From Alphaproteobacteria bacterium (GTDB lineage: Bacteria > Pseudomonadota > Alphaproteobacteria > RF32 > CAG-239), in contig JAZQZH010000003.1 of assembly GCA_045633945.1 (NCBI GenBank), forward strand, positions 250 through 64,249: DNA of 64,000 nt, read 5' to 3'. This document shows, piece by piece, positions 17,947-27,941 of this stretch. The notes below the pieces were generated by a model. The model searched no databases. It had not been told where the DNA came from and was given only the letters and a program-made list of their open reading frames with translations. How positions within the stretch are numbered: position 1 is the first letter of the stretch; every line of letters starts with the position of its first letter. The position numbers and the translations under genes were made by a program.

Positions 17947-20900
17947 AGGCTTAATTCATACAGTTTTAATATGTATTTTTTTATAATTTCAAGACGATTA
18001 GCATAGTTGGATAAATCTCTATCAATAAATAATCTTTGATCTGGTCTTACTTTTACAACTCCACATTGTTTTGTTATAAAGTCCATTAATCTTTCCACGT
18101 TTTTAAATGTATTATTATGAAGAGTAATTAAAAATCCTTTTGCTCCTGCATCAATTTTTTCGATATTAGCAATAGCAGCAAGTTGTTTGATTTCTACCGT
18201 TTTTAATAGGTTTTCTACTTCCTGAGGTATTGCGCCAAACCTATCAATTAGTTCTTCTCGCATATCTTGTATTTCATTATTAGTTTTTAAAGAGCCGATT
18301 CTTTTATACAAACCCAGTCTAACACCAAGATCTGCAATGTAAGATTCTGGAATGATAATTGGAACACCGGTCAAAATTTGTACACTCCAATCTCTATTAT
18401 TTGTACAATTTGGTTTGGATACATCAGTTATATCATTATTTCTTATTCTATTTATTTCTTCTTCTAATAAATGATGGTATAGAGCCACACCAACATCTTT
18501 TATGTGTCCGGATTGTTCTATGCCTAAAATGTTTCCAGCTCCTCTTATATCTAAGTCGTGATTGGCAAGAGAAAAACCAGCTCCTAATTGATTTAGAGCT
18601 TGTAATATGTCTAATCTTTTCTGCGCAATAGGAGTTAACACTTTTTGATTAGGAATAGCAAAGTAACAATAACCACGTTTTTTAGATCGACCAATTCTTC
18701 CTCTCAATTGATATAATTGAGCAAGTCCAAACATGTCTGAACGATAAATAATCATCGTATTAACATTTGGCATATCTATTCCAGATTCGATTATCGTTGT
18801 AGATAATAAAATATCTGCTTTTCCTTCTGCAAAATCACTCATAACCTCTTCTAAATGATTGGGTGACATTTGACCATGAGCAATAGCAATTTTTACATCC
18901 GGTGCAATTTCTTTTAGCTTGGGCTCTATTTGAATGATATCTGAAACTCTTGGACATACAAAAAACACTTGTCCACCTCGATATTTTTCACGATATATAG
19001 CTTCTCTTATTATCATTTTATCAAAAGGAGTGACAAACGTTCTTGCAGCAAGCCTATCAATAGGAGGCGTTGCAATAATACTCAACTGCTTAACACCGGT
19101 TAGCGAAAGTTGAAGAGTTCTAGGAATCGGAGTCGCACTTAATGTTAAAATATGAACATCAGATTTTAGTTGTTTTAGTTTTTCTTTATGTTGAACTCCA
19201 AAGTGTTGCTCTTCGTCAACAATTAAAAGGCCAAGATTACAAAATTCAATGTCTTTTGCTAAAAGGGCATGTGTTCCTATTATAATTTCTAGGCTGCCGT
19301 CTTTTAACTCTGATTTAATTTCTTTTGCCTCTTTGGAGCTTACAAGTCTAGATAACATTTTAACTTTAATTGGAAATCCTTTAAATCTTTCTTTGAAGCT
19401 AAGATAGTGCTGTCTTGCAAGAAGGGTTGTTGGTACAATAAGTGCAACCTGAGCTCCTCCCATTGCAACAGTGAAAGCTGCTCTAATGGCAACTTCTGTT
19501 TTGCCAAATCCAACATCACCACAAATTAGCCTGTCCATAGGCATGCCTAAAGATAAATCTTTTATAACATCATTTATCGCATTTATTTGATCGTCCGTTT
19601 CACTATATAAAAAGCGTGTGCAAAATTCTTCATACAGCCCCCTTTCTGGTACGAATATTTCAGCCTTTTTCATTTTTCTTTCTGCTGCAATTTTGATGAG
19701 TTTTTCTGCAATATCTTTGATTTTTTCTTTTACTTTTGCTTTTTTAGCTTCCCATGCTGTTCCACCAAGAATATCAAGGGTGACATCGCTATCTTCTGCG
19801 CCATATCTGCTAATTACATCAATATTTTCAACAGGGACATAAAGCTTATCACCTTTTGCATATATTAATTTTAGGCAATCATGGGCAATTCCATCTGTTA
19901 CTATGTTTTCAAGCCCTTCAAATCTTGCAATACCGTGCTCAATATGAACAACATATTCTCCAACATTGAGAGATGAAATATCGGCAATAAGATTTTCTGC
20001 ACTAATTTTTTTAGTTACTCTTACGTTTTTTCTTTCGCCCCATATATCCTGTTCGCTTACAATAAAAAATTCATCATTACTAAAACCATGTTGTATATCC
20101 ATTAACGTCAACACGATTTTTCCTTTTTCTGCCATTTTTATGGCATCAAGAAAAGATGGCGATATATGTAAATTTTTAATTTTATTTTCAACTAAAAGGT
20201 TGTGCATCCTATCCATAGAGCCATCAGTATAACAACATATAATTTTTTTCTTGTTTTTATTTAATTCAAATTCATGAGCTAAATCTTGATACACACTAGA
20301 GCTATTTATGTTTTTTAGGGTGGCAAAAAATTTCTGTGGAATAGCTCCATAACTTATGGTGTTATCATCCTCAGGTAATGACATATTAGAAATAGAAACA
20401 AAGTTGCGATTTTTTACAGATGATAAAAAACTATCTTTTGATAAAAACATTAAATCTGGAGCAATAGGTCTATATCTATCAATTTCTGATGTGTCATTAA
20501 TTTGTAATGCTTCAATGCGAGCATTATAATGATCCATAATTGCATCTACTTTTGCATTTAATGCATTTTCAACATCAATACCTAAAACAACATTAGCTCC
20601 TGGAAGATAGTCAAACAATGAAAGAAGAGATTCCTCATAGAAAAAAGGTAGCCAATTTTCCATGCCTATATATTTTTTACCTTCAGAAATACTTTCATAA
20701 ATTTCATCTTTTAAGCCAATAGCACCAAAGGCTTCTCTATATTTTGAGCGAAAACATTTTATAGAGTTTTTATCTAATGTTACTTCATTTGCACTATCAA
20801 AATTATAAAACTTGAGTTCACCTATACTACGTTGAGTTTCAACTTCAAAAATTCTTATGCGCTCAATCTCATCATCAAATAAATCAATTCTTATTGGTTT

Positions 20901-21434
20901 ATTACCGCCACTAGGAAATATATCAATAATATCTCCCCTTACAGCATATTCTCCTGCCTCCATTACTTGTTCTACACGTAGGTAACCATTGATTGATACA
21001 TAATGAATAAACTCATCAAAATTAAGTTTATCTCCAATTTTTATGTTTTTTCTAGCGTTGAAGAAAATATTTTTAGGAGGAAGTTTTTGTAAGCATGCGC
21101 CAATACTTGTTAGTAAAATACGTCTATTCTTTGTGCTAGTCTCTAGTGAAATTTTTGAAAGTGTTTCAATTCTTTTGGAGACAATGTTCGTGTTAGGAGA
21201 AACTCTATCATAAGGAACAGTGTCCCAGTTAGGAAACACTAATATATCAAATCTAGGTTCAATATAAGACAATACATCATAAACCTGCCTAACACTAATG
21301 CCATCACTTAAAATACACAACAAATCTTTGTCGCTAGAGTAAAATAAATCATGTATAGCAAAAGCTTCAGCCCCCTTTGCAACTGATGATAATGTTTTTT
21401 TTATACAATCTTTAAATTTAATAGACATTTTCAC
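17943..21434 (-). CDS. mfd: Transcription-repair coupling factor Mfd
   Basis: 1163 aa. It has a UvrB-like N-terminus and the superfamily-2 helicase motifs [28 protein letters not shown] and [16 protein letters not shown]-terminal domain follows. Confidence 0.92.
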   Translation of the reverse strand: MKMSIKFKDCIKKTLSSVAKGAEAFAIHDLFYSSDKDLLCILSDGISVRQVYDVLSYIEPRFDILVFPNWDTVPYDRVSPNTNIVSKRIETLSKISLETSTKNRRILLTSIGACLQKLPPKNIFFNARKNIKIGDKLNFDEFIHYVSINGYLRVEQVMEAGEYAVRGDIIDIFPSGGNKPIRIDLFDDEIERIRIFEVETQRSIGELKFYNFDSANEVTLDKNSIKCFRSKYREAFGAIGLKDEIYESISEGKKYIGMENWLPFFYEESLLSLFDYLPGANVVLGIDVENALNAKVDAIMDHYNARIEALQINDTSEIDRYRPIAPDLMFLSKDSFLSSVKNRNFVSISNMSLPEDDNTISYGAIPQKFFATLKNINSSSVYQDLAHEFELNKNKKKIICCYTDGSMDRMHNLLVENKIKNLHISPSFLDAIKMAEKGKIVLTLMDIQHGFSNDEFFIVSEQDIWGERKNVRVTKKISAENLIADISSLNVGEYVVHIEHGIARFEGLENIVTDGIAHDCLKLIYAKGDKLYVPVENIDVISRYGAEDSDVTLDILGGTAWEAKKAKVKEKIKDIAEKLIKIAAERKMKKAEIFVPERGLYEEFCTRFLYSETDDQINAINDVIKDLSLGMPMDRLICGDVGFGKTEVAIRAAFTVAMGGAQVALIVPTTLLARQHYLSFKERFKGFPIKVKMLSRLVSSKEAKEIKSELKDGSLEIIIGTHALLAKDIEFCNLGLLIVDEEQHFGVQHKEKLKQLKSDVHILTLSATPIPRTLQLSLTGVKQLSIIATPPIDRLAARTFVTPFDKMIIREAIYREKYRGGQVFFVCPRVSDIIQIEPKLKEIAPDVKIAIAHGQMSPNHLEEVMSDFAEGKADILLSTTIIESGIDMPNVNTMIIYRSDMFGLAQLYQLRGRIGRSKKRGYCYFAIPNQKVLTPIAQKRLDILQALNQLGAGFSLANHDLDIRGAGNILGIEQSGHIKDVGVALYHHLLEEEINRIRNNDITDVSKPNCTNNRDWSVQILTGVPIIIPESYIADLGVRLGLYKRIGSLKTNNEIQDMREELIDRFGAIPQEVENLLKTVEIKQLAAIANIEKIDAGAKGFLITLHNNTFKNVERLMDFITKQCGVVKVRPDQRLFIDRDLSNYANRLEIIKKYILKLYELSL

Positions 21435-21496
21435 TCTTTTTTGTTATATAAAATCATATGTAATTTAAAACACATAAAAAGTAAAGAGCTTAAAAT

Positions 21497-23578
21497 ATGC
21501 GTCCAAGTATTTTATATTCACTTTTTTCTTCTATCGATTCGTTGAAAGGAGTTGGCACAAAGTATCGGAAATTGATAAAAAATTTGTGTGGAGATAAAGT
21601 AATAGATGTCTTGTTTCATTTGCCATATAATGTGGTTGATAGAACATATACATCATATCTATCTAATGCTATAAATAATAAAATATGGACAGGGGTTGTA
21701 ACAATAACAGAGCATATTCCTCCTCAGACTAAAAAGCACCCATATAAAGTATATTGTACAGATGGAACAAATGAGCTCGTTCTTATATTTTTCAAGGTAT
21801 ATAAAGATTCCATAGAAAAAAATTATCCAATAGGTGAAAAAAAAGCCATAAGCGGAAAGTTAGAATATTTTAATGGGATGTGGCAGATGACACATCCAGA
21901 TTTTGCTTTGCCAGAAAATAGAATAAATGAAATTTTATGTTTAGAGGCAGTTTATCCTTTAACAGCTGGTATAACTAATAAAATGATGGTAAAAGTTATA
22001 AAAGATGCTCTATATAGATTACCAAATATGGAGGAGTGGCTCTCAAAAGATAGTTTTAATAACTTAGAATATATAAGTTTTAATGATGCAATAAAAAAGA
22101 TACACCTCCCTAAGACGCAAGAAGATTTGTTGCCGAATTCTGTTGCTCGAAGACGACTTGCATATGATGAGATTTTATCCAATCAGTTGGCACTCGCATT
22201 TATCCGCAAAAAAGTAAGCTCACAACAAGGTCGTTCTTTTGTTAAAAAAGGTGATTTGTATCAAAAAATAATATCCAAACTTCCTTTTTCTTTAACATCT
22301 GCGCAAGAGAGAGTCTTAGATGAAATATCTAATGATCAACAAAAGCCATATAAAATGCTAAGACTACTTCAAGGAGATGTTGGTTCTGGTAAAACGATCG
22401 TTGCTTTTTTAAGTATGTTAAAAGTTATAGAAAATGGAGCACAAGCAAGTCTTATGGCTCCAACAGAAATTTTAGCAAAACAACATTATGATACAATTAG
22501 TAAGTTATGTAAAAATACAAATATAACAGTTGAACTATTAACAGGAAAGCTAAGACCGAAACAAAAAAAAGAAATATACAGTAAGCTATCTAACGGAGAT
22601 ATAAATATTTTAATAGGAACACATGCTTTATTTACAGAAGCGGTTGTATTTAAAGATTTGGGTTATGTTGTTATAGATGAACAGCATCGTTTTGGAGTTA
22701 ATCAACGTTTATCTTTGTCAGCCAAAGGAAAAATGTGTGATGTGTTAGTTATGACCGCAACCCCGATTCCAAGAAGTTTACTTTTAACCGCATATGGAGA
22801 TATGGATTATTCTAAAATAGATGAACTTCCTAGAGGTAGAAAGCCTACTAAAACAGTTATAATAAATATCGATAAAATTCCAGATATTGTATCTAGATTA
22901 AAAACTAAATTAGAAAACAATGAAAGGGTTTATTGGGTTTGTCCGCTTGTTGAGGAAAGTGAAAAGCAAGACCTATCTGCAGCAACAGAAAGGTTTGAAA
23001 TGCTAAAAAAATATTTTGGTGATAAGGTTGCTCTTATTCATGGAAAAATGAAAGAGAAGGAAAAAGATGCAGTTGTGGAGGAATTTAAAAAAGGTATCAA
23101 AACTCTTCTTGTTGCAACAACAGTAATTGAGGTTGGTGTTAATGTGCCAGAGGCAACATTGATGATTATAGAGCATGCTGAACGATTTGGTTTAGCTCAA
23201 TTACATCAATTAAGAGGGCGCATAAAAAGAGGAAACAAAGAGGGTGTTTGTATTTTAATGTATTCTTATCCAATTAGCAATATTTCAAAAGAACGTTTAA
23301 ATATTATGAAGCAAACAGAAGACGGTTTTTATATTGCAGAAAAAGATTTAGAGCTTAGAGGGGGTGGTGAAATTTTAGGAACTCGACAATCTGGATTTAC
23401 CGAGTTTAGTCTTGCTGATATGTCATATCATCAAGACTTATTAATAAAGGCTAGAGATGAGGTTGCAGATATAATAAAAAAAGATCCTAAATTGGAAAGT
23501 AAGAGGGGAAAGGCTTTAAAAGTGTTGTTATATTTGTTTGAACAAAATGATGCTGTTAAAACTTATTTAGCAGGGTAA
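21497..23578 (+). CDS. recG: ATP-dependent DNA helicase RecG
   Basis: Helicase motifs LLQGDVGSGKTIVAFL, VVIDEQHRFG, MTATPIPRSL and QLHQLRGRIKRG. Confidence 0.92.
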   Translation: MRPSILYSLFSSIDSLKGVGTKYRKLIKNLCGDKVIDVLFHLPYNVVDRTYTSYLSNAINNKIWTGVVTITEHIPPQTKKHPYKVYCTDGTNELVLIFFKVYKDSIEKNYPIGEKKAISGKLEYFNGMWQMTHPDFALPENRINEILCLEAVYPLTAGITNKMMVKVIKDALYRLPNMEEWLSKDSFNNLEYISFNDAIKKIHLPKTQEDLLPNSVARRRLAYDEILSNQLALAFIRKKVSSQQGRSFVKKGDLYQKIISKLPFSLTSAQERVLDEISNDQQKPYKMLRLLQGDVGSGKTIVAFLSMLKVIENGAQASLMAPTEILAKQHYDTISKLCKNTNITVELLTGKLRPKQKKEIYSKLSNGDINILIGTHALFTEAVVFKDLGYVVIDEQHRFGVNQRLSLSAKGKMCDVLVMTATPIPRSLLLTAYGDMDYSKIDELPRGRKPTKTVIINIDKIPDIVSRLKTKLENNERVYWVCPLVEESEKQDLSAATERFEMLKKYFGDKVALIHGKMKEKEKDAVVEEFKKGIKTLLVATTVIEVGVNVPEATLMIIEHAERFGLAQLHQLRGRIKRGNKEGVCILMYSYPISNISKERLNIMKQTEDGFYIAEKDLELRGGGEILGTRQSGFTEFSLADMSYHQDLLIKARDEVADIIKKDPKLESKRGKALKVLLYLFEQNDAVKTYLAG

Positions 23579-23685
23579 TTATATGTTAAAAAGTATTTTG
23601 TAATCAGTTAACAGGGCGCTTTTTTATTTGTAGATTTTTAATTATAACTTTTTATAATAAAATACATAATATAGGGAGAATAAAA

Positions 23686-24723
23686 ATGGCGTGCTATCTC
23701 ATTACTGGTGGGGCTGGTTTCTTTGGCTCTATTTTGAAAAAGTATTTTTTAGATAAAGGTGCAAAGTGTGTTAGTATAGATTTAGAACACGATGACTTTA
23801 AGCATGAACAATTTGTTTCTTATCAAGGCGATATAAATGATAACGCATTAATGAGTGAGGTTTTTTCTAAATATAAATTTGATGCTATATTCCATTGTGC
23901 TGCATTATTAGCTCATGTGAAAAAAGATTTGAAAAAACTATGGCATGCTAATGTAGATGGTACTCAAAATGTATGTAAGTACGCTATCAAAAATAATATA
24001 AATAAAATAGTTTTTATTTCTAGTAATTGTTTATGGGCTGAAAATTTTGAAGCTCTTGTTACAGAAAAAGAGGATCCAAAACCTGTAGAAATATATGGTA
24101 AATCAAAGTTAGAGGCTGAAAAGATTCTCTTATCGTATAAAGATAAGATAAATAGCATAATCTTTCGTTCTCCAACTATTATGGATGAGGGGCGCTTAGG
24201 GTTGCTAGGGATATTATTTGAGTTTATAGATGAAAATAGAAAACTACCAATGGTAGGAGATGGTAAAAATAAATATCAATTTATTTATGCAAAAGACATG
24301 GTAAAAGCATTTGAGTTATCACTAAAGGCAGATTACACCGAAATTTTTAATATTGGCTCAGATGATGTGAAGAGCTTTAATGAAGTATATGAATATGTTA
24401 TAAAATATTCTGGTTCTAAATCACAACTCTTGCATTTTCCTAAAATGCCAATGATTTTGGCTATGAAGATATGTTTTTGGCTTGGGCTTTCTCCACTTGG
24501 TCCATATCAATATAAAATGATAGCCTCATCATTTGTGTTTGATACGCAAAAAATAAAAGAAAAGTTAGGATTCGTTCCAACGTTAAAAAATGAAGAGATG
24601 CTATTGCGAGCTTATGATTTTTACCACAAAAATAAAGTAGAAATATTAAATCGTAAAGGAGTATCAGCTCACAATAGTGTCGCTAAAATGGGAATAATTA
24701 AATTGCTAAAATGGCTTATGTGA
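23686..24723 (+). CDS. NAD-dependent epimerase/dehydratase family protein
   Basis: ITGGAGFFGS Rossmann motif and the YGKSK catalytic motif. Confidence 0.8.
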   Translation: MACYLITGGAGFFGSILKKYFLDKGAKCVSIDLEHDDFKHEQFVSYQGDINDNALMSEVFSKYKFDAIFHCAALLAHVKKDLKKLWHANVDGTQNVCKYAIKNNINKIVFISSNCLWAENFEALVTEKEDPKPVEIYGKSKLEAEKILLSYKDKINSIIFRSPTIMDEGRLGLLGILFEFIDENRKLPMVGDGKNKYQFIYAKDMVKAFELSLKADYTEIFNIGSDDVKSFNEVYEYVIKYSGSKSQLLHFPKMPMILAMKICFWLGLSPLGPYQYKMIASSFVFDTQKIKEKLGFVPTLKNEEMLLRAYDFYHKNKVEILNRKGVSAHNSVAKMGIIKLLKWLM

Positions 24724-25261
24724 TATTTTCTATAGTATAGTCTAATACATCTTTAGCAACGTCAAAGTCAAAACCTGCTCTAATAAGCGTAGCTAGATCT
24801 TTTTGCTTATATTTTAATCGTTTTTCTTCCGATTCTCTATAAGGTCCGATTTTCTTTTTTTTAGCAAAAGATAGTGCAACATCTAGTTCATTGTATTCTA
24901 TTTCTTCAAATATTTGAGCTGTTGTTTGTTCAGAAATGCCTTTTTGCTTTAATTTTTGTTCAATATAACGTTTTGGTTTTCCAGATCTAAGGTAAGAGGT
25001 AATTTTAAATTCTGAAAACCTTTCGTCATTAACAAAATTTTTCTCGCTAAATTCTTCAATAATTTCATCAATAAAAGAGTATGCTATTGTTTTATCGAAT
25101 TCTTTTTCAAAAATGGCGTATTTATCAACTCTGCGTTTTAGTACGGTGCGCAAGTTGTCTTTACTAGTTTCAAATCGTTTAAGATAGTATAGAGCAATAT
25201 TTTTTAATCTTGCTTTTGTTGGAATTTTAGGTGCTCTTTTTTTTGTTTTTTCACTAAACAC
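24716..25261 (-). CDS. recX: Regulatory protein RecX
   Basis: Size and repeated three-helix pattern fit RecX (ALYYLKRFETSKDNLRTVLKRR...FVNDERFSEF...KLKQKGISEQ...LIRAGFDFDV). Confidence 0.65.
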   Translation of the reverse strand: MFSEKTKKRAPKIPTKARLKNIALYYLKRFETSKDNLRTVLKRRVDKYAIFEKEFDKTIAYSFIDEIIEEFSEKNFVNDERFSEFKITSYLRSGKPKRYIEQKLKQKGISEQTTAQIFEEIEYNELDVALSFAKKKKIGPYRESEEKRLKYKQKDLATLIRAGFDFDVAKDVLDYTIENIT

Positions 25262-25329
25262 TTGAAATTTACCTTTAAATACATTAAGTTGCCATTATTA
25301 ATTTTTAATTATATTAAAGGAATAAAAAA

Positions 25330-26253
25330 TTGGCTAATAAAAACTTTGATGAATGTACATCTTTTTTGATTGATAATGGCTTATTTGTTGGAAGAATTTG
25401 TCGTTTAGATAATGTATTAAAAACAATTATAAACAAACATGGTTATATGAAAAATGTTTCATCCTCATTGGCAGAAACAACAGCATTAGGAGTGTTGCTT
25501 GCAAATGCATTAAAGTTTGAAGGTTTGTTTACTTTGCAACTACAAGGCAATGGTCCTGTTTCAACAATAGTTGTAGATGTTACATCAGATGGTAAGGTGC
25601 GAGCTTGTGCAAATTACGATAAAGAGCGTTTAGAAAAAGCATTTGCGCTTCGTAAAAATGAAGGGGAAATAGAAGCCACTCCTCATCTTTTAGGTAATGG
25701 TACTCTTGCTTTTACTTTAGATGATGGAGTGTCTAATTATCATCAAGGTGTGGTTGAGCTTCAAGGTAAAACGCTGGAAGAATGTGCTTTGCGTTATTTT
25801 AGAAAGTCTGAACAAATAGAAACAATGTTAAAGCTATTTATTGATATTCCTGATGATGAAGAAGGTGAGTGGAAAGCTGGTGGTATAATATTGCAAAGAG
25901 TTCCTGAATTTGGTGGTAAAGAGGTTGATATTAAGGATTTGCCAGAGTTGAGAAATGAGGCAGAAATTTTAATGAATTCCCTTACAAAAGAAGAACTTTT
26001 TGATGAAAATCTTAGTCTTAATGATATTCTCTATAGGCTATATCACGCTAATAATGTTAGTGTTACTAAAATAAATAAGTATGAGTTTAGTTGTCGTTGT
26101 AGTAGAGAGAAATTATTAAAAACATTGCGCGGTTTTTCTGAAGAAGATTTATCTACAATGGTTGATGAAAGTAATAAAATAACAGCTAAATGTGGTTTTT
26201 GTTCAGAGAATTATGAGTTTACTATTCCTGAAATAATACAAAAACTCAATTAA
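25330..26253 (+). CDS. hslO: Hsp33-family redox-regulated chaperone
   Basis: C-terminal zinc centre CRCS...CGFC and the typical Hsp33 length. TTG start. Confidence 0.85.
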   Translation: MANKNFDECTSFLIDNGLFVGRICRLDNVLKTIINKHGYMKNVSSSLAETTALGVLLANALKFEGLFTLQLQGNGPVSTIVVDVTSDGKVRACANYDKERLEKAFALRKNEGEIEATPHLLGNGTLAFTLDDGVSNYHQGVVELQGKTLEECALRYFRKSEQIETMLKLFIDIPDDEEGEWKAGGIILQRVPEFGGKEVDIKDLPELRNEAEILMNSLTKEELFDENLSLNDILYRLYHANNVSVTKINKYEFSCRCSREKLLKTLRGFSEEDLSTMVDESNKITAKCGFCSENYEFTIPEIIQKLN

Positions 26254-26346
26254 CATTAAATAAGTATTAAACATTCTTGTATATACTAATAGGCAAGGAT
26301 TAAATTGCCTATTATGTTATGGACTATTAAAAAAAAGGATTGCTTA

Positions 26347-26964
26347 ATGAGTAAATTAAAAAATTTAGTGCTAGTATTTTTTAGCTTATTTTTAGTATCA
26401 TGTTCAACAACATCAGATACAGATGCTGTACCTCTAAAGTATAGTGAGCCACGTTTTCGTACAACAGCTCCAATAGAGTTAAATGTTGAAAAGATTAATG
26501 TTGTTTCTGAATTTATACCATCATTTACTCGTCCAAATGTTGAGCATTTATTCCCTGTTTCAATTGAAAAATCTGCAAAAATGTGGGCAGAAGATAGATT
26601 GAAGGCTGATGGTTTTTCTTCAAATCGTGTTGCAGAATATATCATAAAAGATGCATCAGTAACAGAAGAAGTTGAGAAATCGGAGGAGTTTTTGCAAAAA
26701 GATAGGCTTAAGTATCGAGCTAATTTATCTGTTGTATTAAAAGTTACAGATACAACAAATTTATCTGCAGCAGAAACAACTATAAATGCTTGGCGAGAGC
26801 TTCGTATGCCGGTAGATACAAAAATCGCAGAAAAAGAAAAGTATTGGAATGATATGGTTCACAAATTATTTGACGAATTCAATCGCAGAATGGAGCAAAA
26901 TATCAACGAGTACTTAAATGTTTATGTGAAGAATAATTATTCTATAAAAGAGTATAAAGACTAA
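26347..26964 (+). CDS. Lipoprotein of unknown function
   Basis: MSKLKNLVLVFFSLFLVSCS carries a lipobox, and AAGGA lies 8 nt upstream of ATG 26347. The track start at 26305 is less likely. Confidence 0.55.
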   Translation: MSKLKNLVLVFFSLFLVSCSTTSDTDAVPLKYSEPRFRTTAPIELNVEKINVVSEFIPSFTRPNVEHLFPVSIEKSAKMWAEDRLKADGFSSNRVAEYIIKDASVTEEVEKSEEFLQKDRLKYRANLSVVLKVTDTTNLSAAETTINAWRELRMPVDTKIAEKEKYWNDMVHKLFDEFNRRMEQNINEYLNVYVKNNYSIKEYKD

Positions 26965-26966
26965 TT

Positions 26967-26996
26967 AAAAAAAGCCCCAGTAAATGGGGTTTTTTA
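26967..26996. terminator. Bidirectional rho-independent terminator
   Basis: An A-run, then GCCCCA, a GTAAA loop and TGGGGT, then a T-run. It lies between convergent genes. Confidence 0.7.
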
Positions 26997-27386
26997 ATTT
27001 AAGAAATTATCATTTGCAATAAGAGACATTATAGGTAGTTCTATTTTTTTTATTTTATTGCCGATTCTAATTGTGCAAAAGCCTTTTAATACAGCATTTG
27101 TTTTAGACGTTACATAACCATCATCTTCAAAATTGTCGCCAGGAACTAATTCTGGTAATTGACCTCTGAAACCATCGAAATCAACAGATGTCATCTTGCC
27201 TTTTGCATCAATAATAGAAAGATTTTTGCCAAGAAGAACAATCTCATCATTGGAATTATTTTCAAATCTTAAAAAATAGTCCCAACAAAAACTGCCATCA
27301 ATGACAACATCATCTGATGGTTTTAAGTATGCAGATACTAAAACATCATTATCTATATTTGTTGCGTATTGTTCGTCTATATACAT
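26994..27386 (-). CDS. apaG: ApaG-domain protein
   Basis: 130 aa with a pattern typical of ApaG (DUF525): ...FENNSNDEIVLLGKNLSIIDAKGKMTSVDFDGFRGQLPELVPGDNFED. Confidence 0.65.
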   Translation of the reverse strand: MYIDEQYATNIDNDVLVSAYLKPSDDVVIDGSFCWDYFLRFENNSNDEIVLLGKNLSIIDAKGKMTSVDFDGFRGQLPELVPGDNFEDDGYVTSKTNAVLKGFCTIRIGNKIKKIELPIMSLIANDNFLN

Positions 27387-27475
27387 AAAAAATCCTCAAA
27401 ACTAATTTATTAAAAAATAATTAAATTTTGAGGATATGTAAAAATGAATCTGTATTTTTTCAACAACTTTAGATT

Positions 27476-27844
27476 CTATTTTGTTCTGCCATAGCTGTCT
27501 TCAAAACGGATGATATCTTCTTCATCAAGAGTATCGCCTGTCTGTACTTCTATAAATACTAACTCTTTTTCTTTTGATGCATTTTTTATTCTGTGTTTTG
27601 TTTTTTGAGGTATGTAGATTGAATCATTTTGTTTTCTGAATAGTGTATCGTCACCGAGAACAACCATAGCTTCACCTTTAGTTATAATCCAATGTTCAGC
27701 TCTAAAATTATGCATTTGTAAAGAAAGAATAGCATCAGGGTTAACGGTAATTTTTTTTACACAAAATTTTTCATCAGATTCTAAAACTTCCCATGTTCCC
27801 CATGGTCTTGTGTCGTAATCTCCCTTTTTGTAATTAGTAGTCAT
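27476..27844 (-). CDS. Stand-alone cupin resembling the mannose-6-phosphate isomerase type II C-terminal domain
   Basis: RPWGTWEVL...VKKITVNPDAILSLQMHNFRAEHWIITKGEA...IYIPQKTKHRIKN...FIEVQTGDTLDEEDIIRFEDSYGR matches the conserved cupin of ManC/XanB-type enzymes. Confidence 0.75.
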   Translation of the reverse strand: MTTNYKKGDYDTRPWGTWEVLESDEKFCVKKITVNPDAILSLQMHNFRAEHWIITKGEAMVVLGDDTLFRKQNDSIYIPQKTKHRIKNASKEKELVFIEVQTGDTLDEEDIIRFEDSYGRTK

Positions 27845-27941
27845 AATATTTTATCCTTTTCATAAAAAATAAACTAGAATAAAAGAATAATACGTGATAT
27901 AGATAAAAAAACAAGTTCATTTTGCAACCCTGAGGGAAACG

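Noticed and set aside
26286-26645. 119-aa minus-strand ORF
   Set aside because: It is antisense to the lipoprotein gene (26347-26964), which has a proper RBS and lipobox. There is no independent support.
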